From a virus (Duplodnaviria; Caudoviricetes): a DNA stretch of 64,000 nucleotides. A model generated the notes under the pieces. The model was not told the origin of the DNA. It saw only the letters and a program-made list of their open reading frames with translations, and made no database searches. Each line of letters begins with the position of its first letter. Position 1 is the first letter of the stretch. Both the position numbers and the translations under genes were made by a program. The DNA is taken from the IMG/VR virus record IMGVR_UViG_2874444136_000005, positions 11,866 to 75,865 of that record; one strand, written 5' to 3'. Positions 55,403 to 64,000 of the stretch are shown here, piece after piece.

Positions 55403-55534
55403 ATGCAATATGCCGTTGCAGGGTGGCCTATTGCTGGCTGCCATAACGAAACATTACTCGAAATCATCACCCGCCGTATGCGCTGCATTGGCCGGTGGTT
55501 GAAAGACACACTTAATCAGCGGGGTGAGCCCTAA
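55403..55534 (+). CDS. cIII: CIII FtsH inhibitor
   Basis: MQYAVAGWPIAGC..LLEIITR.. resembles lambda CIII. Confidence 0.88.
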   Translation: MQYAVAGWPIAGCHNETLLEIITRRMRCIGRWLKDTLNQRGEP

Positions 55535-55641
55535 TGGATATGACCAGAACACTGCAGCTTCTCGCTCTCCTAGCCAAGGAGAGGAACGACAACACCCTAT
55601 TCCAGCTTGCTAACTCTCTTTTCTATCGGGGGATGAAATGA
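55534..55641 (+). CDS. Kil-position small protein (35 aa)
   Basis: TAATG-coupled to cIII; helical amphipathic. Confidence 0.45.
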   Translation: MDMTRTLQLLALLAKERNDNTLFQLANSLFYRGMK

Positions 55642-55838
55642 AAATGACATTCGTATGCACCGAGTATCACGCCAAGGCCGGGCAGCGACAAGGTGAGGTT
55701 CGCATTGAGGCGGACGGCGTCGCTTTGTTCGGTCATGTCGATGAGAAGCAGATCATGAGCCAACTCGACCTCAAACCTGTGTTCGAGTGGCTTGCAGAGA
55801 ATGGATATACGGTCACAGAAAATAAGGCGGTTGCATGA
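55638..55838 (+). CDS. Hypothetical protein
   Basis: ATGA-coupled ORF. Confidence 0.6.
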   Translation: MKMTFVCTEYHAKAGQRQGEVRIEADGVALFGHVDEKQIMSQLDLKPVFEWLAENGYTVTENKAVA

Positions 55839-56002
55839 TCAGCGTAGTGCTTGATAGCGATGAGAAATTTATCTCTCACATGACGTCAGAACTGGAGAGG
55901 CAGCTCACCGAATCACAGGTGCAGACAGACACTCGCTGGAATGGCTCGGATCGCCAAAGCCCATCCGTTACTTGGGATGAATTCGCAGGAAACTTTAGCT
56001 AA
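55835..56002 (+). CDS. Hypothetical protein (55 aa)
   Basis: ATGA-coupled; ends VTWDEFAGNFS. Confidence 0.5.
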   Translation: MISVVLDSDEKFISHMTSELERQLTESQVQTDTRWNGSDRQSPSVTWDEFAGNFS

Positions 56003-56011
56003 GAGGCAATT

Positions 56012-56884
56012 ATGAAATTTGAAAAAGCCATGAGAAAGAAAGCCAAGCTACGGCTGGCACTTACCGGGCCAAGTGGTTCAGGGAAGACATATAGCGCGCT
56101 TCTTGTTGCCAAAGGGATTGGCGGAAAGATTGCCGTGCTCGATACCGAGAAAGGAAGCGCTTCACTCTACTCTGACGTTGCTGATTTTGACGTTCTTGAG
56201 CTGGAGCCGCCTTTTGCGCCGGAGCGCTTCATAGAAGCGATTAACGCAGCTGAGCGGGCCGGGTATGACACGTTGGTTCTCGACAGCATCACGCATGAAT
56301 GGAGTGGTGTAGGTGGATGCCTGGAACTGGTAGACACAATCGCCAAAGCGAAGTTTCGCGGAAACTCCTGGTCAGCATGGAGTGAGATAAACCCACGCCA
56401 TCGCCTATTCCTTGATGCAATTCTGCGCTCTCCAATGCACATCATCGCCACCATGCGCAGCAAGACAGAAACGGCTCAGGTAGAAGAGAACGGCCGGAAA
56501 AAGGTCGCGAAGCTTGGCATGAAGTCAGAACAGCGAGATGGGGTCGAGTACGAATTCACAACCGTCCTAGATATAGGTCATGAAACGCATCATGCGATCG
56601 CCAGTAAAGACAGGACGAAGCTATTCAGCAATTCCGACCCAGTAGTTCTAAGTGAACAGACAGGAAAACAGCTCCTTAGCTGGCTTGAGTCAGGCGCCAA
56701 CCCAGCGGAAGAGTCGCTGAAGGCATTCACGCAGTCCGCAGCGAAAGCCGGAAATATTGATGAGCTGAAGGCTTTATTTGAAGAGGCATGGCGCACGCTG
56801 CGCGGGACAGAATATCAGGCAAAAGCCAAAGAAATATATGACATCCGCAAGGCGGAAATTGAGCAGAATAGTGAGGCAGCATAA
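56012..56884 (+). CDS. Sak4-like AAA recombinase
   Basis: [30 protein letters not shown]; adjacent to ssb. Confidence 0.88.
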   Translation: MKFEKAMRKKAKLRLALTGPSGSGKTYSALLVAKGIGGKIAVLDTEKGSASLYSDVADFDVLELEPPFAPERFIEAINAAERAGYDTLVLDSITHEWSGVGGCLELVDTIAKAKFRGNSWSAWSEINPRHRLFLDAILRSPMHIIATMRSKTETAQVEENGRKKVAKLGMKSEQRDGVEYEFTTVLDIGHETHHAIASKDRTKLFSNSDPVVLSEQTGKQLLSWLESGANPAEESLKAFTQSAAKAGNIDELKALFEEAWRTLRGTEYQAKAKEIYDIRKAEIEQNSEAA

Positions 56885-57339
56885 TGGCAAGTCGCGGCGT
56901 TAACAAAATGATTTTACTTGGCAACCTTGGGAAAGATCCAGAGGTTCGCTACACGCAAAATGGTGGCGCTATCGCCAACCTGACGATTGCCACCTCTGAA
57001 TCGTGGCGTGATAAACAATCTGGAGAGCAAATGGAAAAGACTGAATGGCACCGCGTGGTGCTGTTCGGAAAGCTGGCTGAAGTTGCCGGTGAGTATCTTC
57101 GAAAAGGCTCGCAGGTTTATATCGAAGGCAAACTGACAACACGCAAGTGGGCAGATCAGGCTGGCGTTGAGCGCTATACGACAGAGATTCATGTCAATGT
57201 CGGCGGCGTGATGCAGATGATCGGCAGCAAGCAAGAAGCCTCGCAATCCGGAAATCAGCAGTCATCACCTAAGCAGCAAAATAAACCTCAACCATCGAAT
57301 GAGCCACCTATGGACTTCGACGACGATATCCCATTCTAG
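56884..57339 (+). CDS. ssb: Single-stranded DNA-binding protein
   Basis: [19 protein letters not shown]...DFDDDIPF. Confidence 0.96.
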   Translation: MASRGVNKMILLGNLGKDPEVRYTQNGGAIANLTIATSESWRDKQSGEQMEKTEWHRVVLFGKLAEVAGEYLRKGSQVYIEGKLTTRKWADQAGVERYTTEIHVNVGGVMQMIGSKQEASQSGNQQSSPKQQNKPQPSNEPPMDFDDDIPF

Positions 57340-57367
57340 GCAACTCCAAAGCCGCAGGTAACCAATC

Positions 57368-57700
57368 ATGAAAGATCAATACGCGGAAATAGTCGCGGGA
57401 TGCCTTACGGCTTTTGATGCCCTAAAGCGCGGAGAAAATCACGAACGCGCCAATAAGATGATGACCAATACAGCCGCGAAAAACGCGGCTTTTTTATTGC
57501 CTGAACTTCGACCGGTAATTAACAAACCTCGGACGGAGAAAGCAGCAAAAGCAACGCAAATGGTTCGCATCGTCGGCACCTGCTGGGAGTTTCCAGACGG
57601 CCAGAGAATTCCTGATTTTTGGAAGGCTGACCAGAAGGCTAAGGCACTCGGAATGTCGCTTGAAAGCAGCCAGAAATGGCGATTTAGCGAAACTGAATAG
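57368..57700 (+). CDS. Hypothetical protein
   Basis: AGGT RBS, 110 aa. Confidence 0.6.
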   Translation: MKDQYAEIVAGCLTAFDALKRGENHERANKMMTNTAAKNAAFLLPELRPVINKPRTEKAAKATQMVRIVGTCWEFPDGQRIPDFWKADQKAKALGMSLESSQKWRFSETE

Positions 57701-57708
57701 GAAGCATC

Positions 57709-57888
57709 ATGTTCGGATTATTTCTTCTCATCTGCTCAGCAGGTGCGGATTCGTGCAGCTATGAATCAGCTGGGTATGTCTACCCGGATTACCAGAACTG
57801 CTCAGCCGACATCGCCGCGCAAAAACTCCCATCTTCTTACGAATGCCTGCCAGTTGATGCTGTGGTGCGGGCTAAGGATGACCTATGA
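57709..57888 (+). CDS. Small secreted Cys protein (DUF1482-like)
   Basis: MFGLFLLIC...C....YVYPDYQNC...YECLPVD. Confidence 0.6.
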   Translation: MFGLFLLICSAGADSCSYESAGYVYPDYQNCSADIAAQKLPSSYECLPVDAVVRAKDDL

Positions 57889-58541
57889 ACAATCAGCAAG
57901 AGTCAAAAAATATAAAGCTTAATAATTCAGACTTTACTTTTCTCGCCGATCAAAAGTCATGGTTAAAAATCCCAGCAGATGGAAGCCCGTTAACGTTCAC
58001 CGGAAACGCAGATGAGGCGGCGAAGGAGTTTTTCAACGCCCTGATTCGAGTGCGTGACGGCTATATCTCAGCATTGAAGGCTGAGCGCGATGCGCAGCAG
58101 AAACGAGCCGATGCGCTGGCTGTTGAGCGCGATGCCGCACGAAATGCGCTGGCCTCAATATACAAGACCGTGACCGGAGAGCTTCCAGAGTGGAGCAACT
58201 GGCACGCATACCTTGACGACATTGTTGAAGAGGTAGGCACTGCTATTGCAGCTAATCAAACCACTGATGCGCTGGCTGTGGAGAATCAGGCGCTGAAGGA
58301 TTCGAACAGAAAATTGATAAACGAGCAACAGGCGTCATGGCCTATTGGTTTGCTTGATTCATTTATTGCTGAACATGACCTGCAAACCCCGGCCACTGAC
58401 GCAGCACTTGCAGCTATCCAGGCGCAGGGAGTGGAGAAGTTTGCCGACTTCCTTGATTCGCCGATCGACGGGCAGCACTGCTATCAGCATGAAGTTGGCC
58501 TGGCGCGTCACTTCGCCAGCACGCTCCGGGAGGCCAAATGA
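57885..58541 (+). CDS. Ea-region coiled-coil protein
   Basis: ALAVEN.ALK, TPATDAALAAIQAQGVE motifs. Confidence 0.7.
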   Translation: MNNQQESKNIKLNNSDFTFLADQKSWLKIPADGSPLTFTGNADEAAKEFFNALIRVRDGYISALKAERDAQQKRADALAVERDAARNALASIYKTVTGELPEWSNWHAYLDDIVEEVGTAIAANQTTDALAVENQALKDSNRKLINEQQASWPIGLLDSFIAEHDLQTPATDAALAAIQAQGVEKFADFLDSPIDGQHCYQHEVGLARHFASTLREAK

Positions 58542-59260
58542 AAGAGCGCCCAGTGATTTTCAACGGCGAGATGGTTCGCGCCATTCTCGACGGCCGCAAG
58601 ACCCAGACGCGGCGGGTTATTGCCAATGTCAGCCTCGATAACTGCATTCCACTGCAGAAGCCTACCAAAACCAAAGACGGGATTTACACGCATGTCATGG
58701 ATGCGCCGGGAAATGGTTTATGCCCATTCGGCCAGATAGGCGATCGGCTGTGGGTACGCGAAACATTCGCCATTCTCGGCAACGAAGACGGCTGTCCTAT
58801 AGATTGGGACGGAAACCTGATTAAGGGCGACGAGAAGCATGCGGCGCGGATTTATAAGGCGTCGTGCTGGCAAGAGCCGGGAAACTACGGACTGTGGTCG
58901 ATACCTGATCGAGACACCCAATACGAAGGCGCATGGCGCCCATCAATCCACATGCCGCGCTGGGCATCCCGCATCACGCTGGAAATCACCGCCGTGCGTG
59001 TTGAGCGCCTGAACGATATCAGCGAAGAGGACGCCAAGGCTGAAGGCGTTCGAGCGCTAGAAAACAACTTCGGCAATGGCCCCGCCTACTGCGATTACTT
59101 GCTGCCTAATTTGGATGACGCTGCTGAGTGGTACAACCGCGCGAGCGACAGCTTCAAAAGCCTGTGGAAGTCCATCTACGGCGCAGAAAGCTGGCGCGCC
59201 AATCCATGGGTGTGGGTAATTGAATTCAAGCAGGTCAGCGAGGAGTCCCAGCATGGCTAA
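58538..59260 (+). CDS. ASCH/PUA-like phage protein
   Basis: MVRAILDGRKTQTRR, GDRLWVRETF, WRPSIHMPRWASRI, NPWVWVIEF. Confidence 0.8.
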   Translation: MKERPVIFNGEMVRAILDGRKTQTRRVIANVSLDNCIPLQKPTKTKDGIYTHVMDAPGNGLCPFGQIGDRLWVRETFAILGNEDGCPIDWDGNLIKGDEKHAARIYKASCWQEPGNYGLWSIPDRDTQYEGAWRPSIHMPRWASRITLEITAVRVERLNDISEEDAKAEGVRALENNFGNGPAYCDYLLPNLDDAAEWYNRASDSFKSLWKSIYGAESWRANPWVWVIEFKQVSEESQHG

Positions 59261-59543
59261 GCGTAAGAGCAACAGAGCGGCGCGTCGGTTGTTGGCGCGG
59301 CACAAATGCCCGAACTCATTCCGCATCAGTAATCGTCGATGGATGGAATTTAGCAGTAACTACCCATTCATATTTGAACGCGCAAAGCCATCCCGTAGCC
59401 AGCGGCGCGCAAAACGCATCGTCGAAGAGGCGCGAATCGAGCGGCACTTCTGGGTGAATGTTAATGCGGGCATGAGCGATGCAGAGGCCTATACCGCAGC
59501 AGTCAAAACGGTTAAGGGCGAGGCCCAGGAGAAAGCATTATGA
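59253..59543 (+). CDS. Hypothetical basic protein
   Basis: GAGGAG RBS; MAKRKSNRAARR. Confidence 0.6.
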   Translation: MAKRKSNRAARRLLARHKCPNSFRISNRRWMEFSSNYPFIFERAKPSRSQRRAKRIVEEARIERHFWVNVNAGMSDAEAYTAAVKTVKGEAQEKAL

Positions 59544-59779
59544 GCACGCTGGTGAAAATACTCATCAATGATGACGGCGAAAAAACGCCTCTCGGAGAGA
59601 GATTCTGGCACCTGTCGATAGAACGATCAGGCGATCCAATGCTGTTGTGCTCCGGTGAATTTTATTCATTTGGCTGCTGCACAAACGTTGTCGCCAAGAC
59701 AAAGGTTGTAGAGCGCGGAGGAATAACCTGCCCGCTTTGCCTGAAATACATCAGAGAAATTAAGGCGGTGAAGCTGTGA
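59540..59779 (+). CDS. Hypothetical Zn-binding protein
   Basis: WHL..LCSGE..GGITCPLC. Confidence 0.6.
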   Translation: MSTLVKILINDDGEKTPLGERFWHLSIERSGDPMLLCSGEFYSFGCCTNVVAKTKVVERGGITCPLCLKYIREIKAVKL

Positions 59780-60363
59780 TGGACAATAAGCTGAGCGAAC
59801 TGAAACGTCGGGCTGAGAAATGCCCCATCAGGCGATTTAAGGCATTCATCGGCAAAGCCAATACGCAAGCAACTCTGTGCGCCGATACAGGCATCGAAAT
59901 TATTGGCTGGAGTGGGTTCGATGCATCTGATCTGAATGCCAAAAGCCACCGAGTGGAATTGGCCCGTTTTATTGCAGCGGCTGACCCAGAAACTATTCTC
60001 GCCCTGCTGGCAGAGCTGGAAGCGAAGGATGAGCGAATTGGCGAACTGGAGGTAATTGCCACCGAGTACGCCGGTAAATTTCAGAAGGCGCAGGATGCGA
60101 ACAAGCATCTGATTATCATGAGCAACGATGACAAGAAGCGCATCGCCGAGCTGGAAGCCCACAACGAGTGTCTGCTCAAGAAGAATGCAGACTTGACGCA
60201 GCAGAATATCAAGCTGGGTGAGCGGCTGGCTACGCCGGTGCGGTTGCCGAACAAGAACGATGACGAGTTTTGGTTCGATAACGTGTTTCAGGTGGCGAAG
60301 TTCGACCGTGCAGTTGAACGGGCTATCCGCGCCGCTGGCTTCACCGTTGAGGGGGATGAGTAG
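59776..60363 (+). CDS. Ead/Ea22-like protein
   Basis: ARFIAAADPETILALLAELE, RIAELE motifs. Confidence 0.8.
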   Translation: MMDNKLSELKRRAEKCPIRRFKAFIGKANTQATLCADTGIEIIGWSGFDASDLNAKSHRVELARFIAAADPETILALLAELEAKDERIGELEVIATEYAGKFQKAQDANKHLIIMSNDDKKRIAELEAHNECLLKKNADLTQQNIKLGERLATPVRLPNKNDDEFWFDNVFQVAKFDRAVERAIRAAGFTVEGDE

Positions 60364-60364
60364 T

Positions 60365-60514
60365 ATGACCTTCGAAGATTGGTTCAAGCAATTAACTGAA
60401 ATCGCCACGGAAAAGGGATTTCTAAATGCGGGCAATCCAGCCAACTGGCAGGAAGAGTTCTCTAACTGACTCACGCCGCAACAGGTGTGGGATGGTAGCT
60501 GGGATTTAGAGTAA
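60365..60514 (+). pseudogene. Small gene with probable internal nonsense codon (TGA 60467-60469)
   Basis: MTFEDWF...WQEEFSN*LTPQQVWDGSWDLE*; frame continues to just before next gene. Confidence 0.45.
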
Positions 60515-60523
60515 GGGGGATGC

Positions 60524-61081
60524 ATGACACTAACGACCACTGAAGAGCTGAAGCATTTGGCTTCCAGCGACAACACCAACGAACTGACGCGTAGACTAGC
60601 CAGGGAGTGCTTGGCTAACCGGGAGGCGCAGCCTGTGGCACTGGTTGACCGTCGCCCAGCTGCAAGAGGAGGCATCTGTTGGCAACACGGCAGCAAAGAC
60701 CTGCCACATGGAACCGAGCTGTTCACCGCCCCGCCAGCGCCAGCCAACGCGCAAGCTGTAGCCTGGGAAATGCGCTACTGGAACAGCGGCCACAACTGCT
60801 GGCACGACTGGGAGCGCATCACAGCAGAACAGCACGCAGAGATGAGCGCAGAACACGCGGCGGACAACGATTACGAGTTCCGCGTTTTGTATGCAGCCCC
60901 GCCAGCGCCAGCAGTGCAGGAGTGCTTCCTAAATGCAGTAGCAGCGCTTGAATCTCTGTACCGAAACGGCCAGAAGCAAAACTGGAATGAACGCTACACG
61001 GCAGACATGGCATATGCCTCAGGTGTTCTTAACGCCTGCCGCGCCGCAATGCTGGCAGCAGCGCAGGAGGGTGGGAATTGA
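60524..61081 (+). CDS. Eaa-like hypothetical protein
   Basis: LARECLANREAQPVA, LYAAPPAP, NACRAAML motifs. Confidence 0.7.
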   Translation: MTLTTTEELKHLASSDNTNELTRRLARECLANREAQPVALVDRRPAARGGICWQHGSKDLPHGTELFTAPPAPANAQAVAWEMRYWNSGHNCWHDWERITAEQHAEMSAEHAADNDYEFRVLYAAPPAPAVQECFLNAVAALESLYRNGQKQNWNERYTADMAYASGVLNACRAAMLAAAQEGGN

Positions 61082-61119
61082 CTCACAGACAACCATAATT
61101 ATACTGTATGTATGAACAG
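61078..61119 (+). promoter_or_regulatory. SOS-controlled promoter with LexA box
   Basis: TTGACT-16-TATACT; CTGTATGTATGAACAG at 61104..61119 overlaps -10. Confidence 0.8.
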
Positions 61120-61138
61120 TTCTTTTATGGTGTGAGTT

Positions 61139-61399
61139 ATGACTACGAAAAACGACAGCGGCTATCAGGTCGTTTACCGCGGCGAAACGCTAGAGCATCC
61201 AAAAGAAGGCGGTTGGGTGTTCTTTCAGAGGTTGAAGGAGTACGGCGGCGGGTACTGGCTAGGACGCACCTATCACGATCGCTTCGTTCTGGAGTATGAT
61301 CGGCCCACTTCACTACATGACGGAATCAAATTTATCCTCGAGATGCGAGCTGCAGAGCTAAACTTTGCAACGTTCGATGATGACTTTGAGCTGATATAG
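61139..61399 (+). CDS. LexA-controlled hypothetical protein (candidate antirepressor)
   Basis: First ORF after LexA box; function inferred only. Confidence 0.65.
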   Translation: MTTKNDSGYQVVYRGETLEHPKEGGWVFFQRLKEYGGGYWLGRTYHDRFVLEYDRPTSLHDGIKFILEMRAAELNFATFDDDFELI

Positions 61400-61408
61400 G
61401 ATTGGGCG

Positions 61409-61663
61409 ATGTCATACAACATAGCGGATAAATCACCGGAAGAGCGCGAGAAGGTTAACGTGGATTTGGCTGCTTCAGGCGTAGCTTACAAAGAGCGTAT
61501 GAATATGCCGATTGTTCCTGCGCAAGTTGAAGAAGAGCAGCCAGCGCATCTGCGTGAATACTTCCGCGAACGACTTCAGCATTACCGTGGCCAGAGTCAC
61601 AAATTCCCTGGGCCGAACGACCCACGCTATCAGCAGATGGCCGAGGCTAACGGCAAGAAGTGA
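61409..61663 (+). CDS. holE: DNA polymerase III theta homolog (P1 Hot-like)
   Basis: [42 protein letters not shown]. Confidence 0.92.
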   Translation: MSYNIADKSPEEREKVNVDLAASGVAYKERMNMPIVPAQVEEEQPAHLREYFRERLQHYRGQSHKFPGPNDPRYQQMAEANGKK

Positions 61664-61698
61664 TCGTAAAGGAGGATTGCAATGGAAGTTGATTTTTA

Positions 61699-61974
61699 GT
61701 GTTTGGTCATGGCCATGATGGAGCATTAAGAGAGGCGGAGTACAATGGAGAAGGCCATGTATCGTTGATGGCAGCAGTAAAGGCGCAAGCTATTGTCCAT
61801 GGTGAAAAAATCATTCCTCAGCCGCTAAGAAGAGAGATCTTCAAAGTTGTAGAGCACAGATCAGAAATTGACCATTCAACATATCTATTGGCTGTTGCTG
61901 AAGGATATATACCGCAAAATATTGATGTAAAAATTCTTCATCTTCGTCCGAGAGCAAAACCTCAAGATATTTAA
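61699..61974 (+). CDS. Hypothetical protein, AT-rich (start uncertain)
   Basis: ORF between hot and terminator; best RBS precedes an out-of-frame ATG at 61682. Confidence 0.35.
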   Translation: MFGHGHDGALREAEYNGEGHVSLMAAVKAQAIVHGEKIIPQPLRREIFKVVEHRSEIDHSTYLLAVAEGYIPQNIDVKILHLRPRAKPQDI

Positions 61975-61982
61975 ATCAACAG

Positions 61983-62003
61983 ACCCGCTACGGCGGGTTT
62001 TTT
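61983..62003 (+). terminator. Terminator
   Basis: ACCCGC-TACG-GCGGGT followed by T run. Confidence 0.8.
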
Positions 62004-62033
62004 ATTGCCCCATCTCCAAGCGGAGTAACCACT

Positions 62034-62255
62034 ATGGACACTATCAGCGTCAGGATTCCACGCGCCTATTTCACTGACGGGCGCGTTAGCACGGATGCAT
62101 TGCAGCAGAAACTTCATCAAGCACTGTGGGAGCGTACCGGCGTGATGCCTGCTCCTGTTCGAGTATTCCTGCATGAAGGGCAAGCAATCATGGCATCCGG
62201 CTGTGGCGCTGATGATGTCGAGAACATTTTAGGATTAGGAGTTAAACATGGCTGA
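62034..62255 (+). CDS. Hypothetical protein
   Basis: GGAG RBS, 73 aa. Confidence 0.6.
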   Translation: MDTISVRIPRAYFTDGRVSTDALQQKLHQALWERTGVMPAPVRVFLHEGQAIMASGCGADDVENILGLGVKHG

Positions 62256-62457
62256 CATCATCGACAACGCACAAGAGCAAGAAGAACTGATTATCCTCGC
62301 CGCCTTATCCAACCGGCCCAAACCGTCAATGGTGTTTACTGGCCGCTGTTATTGGTGCGGAGAGACCATCAGCAAAGGTAATTTCTGCCTTGGCGATAGC
62401 TGCGCTGAAGACTACGAACGACGGATAAAAGCAGACAGGCAACGAGGTGTCGCATGA
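62248..62457 (+). CDS. TraR/DksA-like C4 zinc-finger protein
   Basis: MADIIDNAQE..CYWCGE..FC...C. Confidence 0.75.
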   Translation: MADIIDNAQEQEELIILAALSNRPKPSMVFTGRCYWCGETISKGNFCLGDSCAEDYERRIKADRQRGVA

Positions 62458-62645
62458 GAACAAAACAAATCGCCCTGCTCATCTTTGATGGCCGCATGAT
62501 CACCATCTATCTCGGCGCAGCTGATGATGAAGAGTATGCCGGTAAGATGGCGATTCTTGAGCAGATCGTTAAGCCAGGCGTGAAGTTGATCGCCGAGCAA
62601 TCAACGCTCGTTTCACACACTCCGGCAAACATCACAATCCAGTAG
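62454..62645 (+). CDS. Hypothetical protein
   Basis: GAGGT RBS, ATGA-coupled. Confidence 0.6.
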   Translation: MRTKQIALLIFDGRMITIYLGAADDEEYAGKMAILEQIVKPGVKLIAEQSTLVSHTPANITIQ

Positions 62646-62651
62646 GTGCCA

Positions 62652-63023
62652 ATGGACAAATACAGCCTTTCACGCAGTGAGGCCTGTAATTTCCTTGGCA
62701 TCTCAGCCCCCACACTGACAAGCTGGATACGCTCTGGAAGACTGCAGGCAACAAGAAAAGACCCATCAAAAAACAAATCCCCCTATCTAATAACTCGCCA
62801 AGCCTGTATTGCCGCGCTTAACAATCCGATCCACACTGTTCCAGTGAGCGCGGATGATGCACATGAGGAGAAAGCAGCATGTCATTATTCCGCCGAGGGG
62901 AAACCTGGTACGGGAGTTACACGTCGCCAAGCGGCAAAAGAATTAAGGAGTCGCTTGGGACTAAGGACAGACGCCAAGCGCAGGAGTTGCACGACCGCAG
63001 AAAAGCTGAGCTTTGGAGAATAG
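62652..63023 (+). CDS. xis: Excisionase (HTH_17), P22 xis-like
   Basis: [26 protein letters not shown]; overlaps start of int as in P22. Confidence 0.85.
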   Translation: MDKYSLSRSEACNFLGISAPTLTSWIRSGRLQATRKDPSKNKSPYLITRQACIAALNNPIHTVPVSADDAHEEKAACHYSAEGKPGTGVTRRQAAKELRSRLGLRTDAKRRSCTTAEKLSFGE

Positions 63024-64000
63024 ACCGACTTGGAGATTTCCCTGAGGTCACATTTGAAGAGGCATGCTTACGTTGGCTGGAAGAAAAGGCGCACAAGAAA
63101 TCACTCGATGCAGACAAGGGACGGATTGGATTCTGGCTCATTCATTTTGAAGGGGTATTGCTGAAGGATATAACAGAGGCAAAGATTTACACAGCAGTCA
63201 GCAGGATGACGAACAGGAAGGCAGAAGAACGTTGGGCGTTAAGAGCAGAAGCTCTTGCCAAGAAAGGAGTTGAAATAGAACCACGGAAGGCCGAGCCTGT
63301 CTCAACATCAACCAAAGCCAAGCATCTGGCGCTCATGAAGGCGCTGATGCGTGCTGCAGAGCGAGATTGGAAGTGGATTGAGAAGTCTCCGGTGATCAAG
63401 GTTCCACAGGAAAGAAACAAGCGCGTCAGATGGCTTGAGCCAGCTCAGGCGCAGCGACTTATTGATGAGTGTCCTGAGCCGCTTAAATCCACCGTGGAAT
63501 TCGCTCTGACTACTGGCCTTCGCCGGTCGAACATCATCGAGCTTGCGTGGTCTCAGATCGACATGCAAAGGAAGGTGGCTTGGATTTATCCCGAGGATAG
63601 CAAATCAGGACGGGCAATTGGCGTCGCTCTCAACGACACCGCTTGCGCCGTTCTGCGGAAGCAAATAGGAAATCATCATCGATGGGTGTTCGTTCACAAA
63701 GGCCCGGTGAGGAAGATGCGAGTCGATTCTAACACTGCGTGGCGCGCTGCGTTAAGACGAGCTGGCATTGATGATTTCCGTTTCCATGACTTGCGACACA
63801 CCTGGGCGAGCTGGCTGATACAGTCTGGGGTTCCACTTTCTGCACTTCAGGAAATGGGAGGATGGGAGAGCATAGAAATGGTACAGAGATACGCTCACCT
63901 TGCACCTAACCATCTAACTGAGCATGCGAGGCAAATTGATGCGATTTTCGGAGGGTTAGTCCCAAATCTGTCCCATGATGAAATTGAGAAGACGGGATGA
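62879..64000 (+). CDS. int: Tyrosine integrase, P22-like
   Basis: [29 protein letters not shown]. Confidence 0.96.
   Translation: MSLFRRGETWYGSYTSPSGKRIKESLGTKDRRQAQELHDRRKAELWRIDRLGDFPEVTFEEACLRWLEEKAHKKSLDADKGRIGFWLIHFEGVLLKDITEAKIYTAVSRMTNRKAEERWALRAEALAKKGVEIEPRKAEPVSTSTKAKHLALMKALMRAAERDWKWIEKSPVIKVPQERNKRVRWLEPAQAQRLIDECPEPLKSTVEFALTTGLRRSNIIELAWSQIDMQRKVAWIYPEDSKSGRAIGVALNDTACAVLRKQIGNHHRWVFVHKGPVRKMRVDSNTAWRAALRRAGIDDFRFHDLRHTWASWLIQSGVPLSALQEMGGWESIEMVQRYAHLAPNHLTEHARQIDAIFGGLVPNLSHDEIEKTG

Larger units (their letters stand above)
1..64000. mobile_element. P22/Sf6-like lambdoid prophage (partial in window) interrupted by the Mu-like prophage
   Basis: Canonical gene order int-xis-ea-rec-N-cI-cro-cII-O-helicase-nin-Q-lysis-terS-terL-portal-scaffold-coat. 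Confidence 0.93.

Noticed and set aside
59662-60747. 361-aa minus-strand ORF
   Set aside because: Antisense shadow of recognisable plus-strand ea genes; no motifs
63842-63850. 9-nt complement (GCACTTCAG) in int to the PL C4-like RNA core
   Set aside because: Match this short is expected by chance in 64 kb; not near a translation start
63940-64000. att site of the outer prophage
   Set aside because: Window ends at the int stop codon and the other end is off-window, so no repeat can be verified

Overview
The whole window is prophage DNA with one phage nested inside another. The outer element is a P22/Sf6-type lambdoid prophage. It runs from int/xis at the right edge through the early-left genes, immunity region, O/DnaB-like replication, nin region, Q, a tRNA, lysis genes, terminase, portal, scaffold and Sf6-like coat, and continues off the left edge. 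The inner element is an apparently complete 36,091-bp Mu-like transposable prophage (2635..38725, TGT...ACA ends) with a non-contractile tail gene set. It is inserted in the outer portal gene with an apparent 4-bp target duplication (GCTT); removing it restores a 708-codon portal. Most notable: (1) the Mu-like phage has a second, diverged tail-tube gene ending in an HNG-x3-HNG motif, directly upstream of an esterase-bearing fibre with a myovirus-type N-terminus, suggesting a fibre-anchoring tube ring; (2) the outer CI lacks autocleavage residues, and two LexA boxes control a candidate antirepressor plus hot/holE operon and a transcript antisense to cI; (3) an EF-hand loop in the GH19 endolysin; (4) a de novo late-activator box with fixed spacing; (5) two C4-like RNAs. 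All protein identities come from motif recognition and synteny; no database searches were run.
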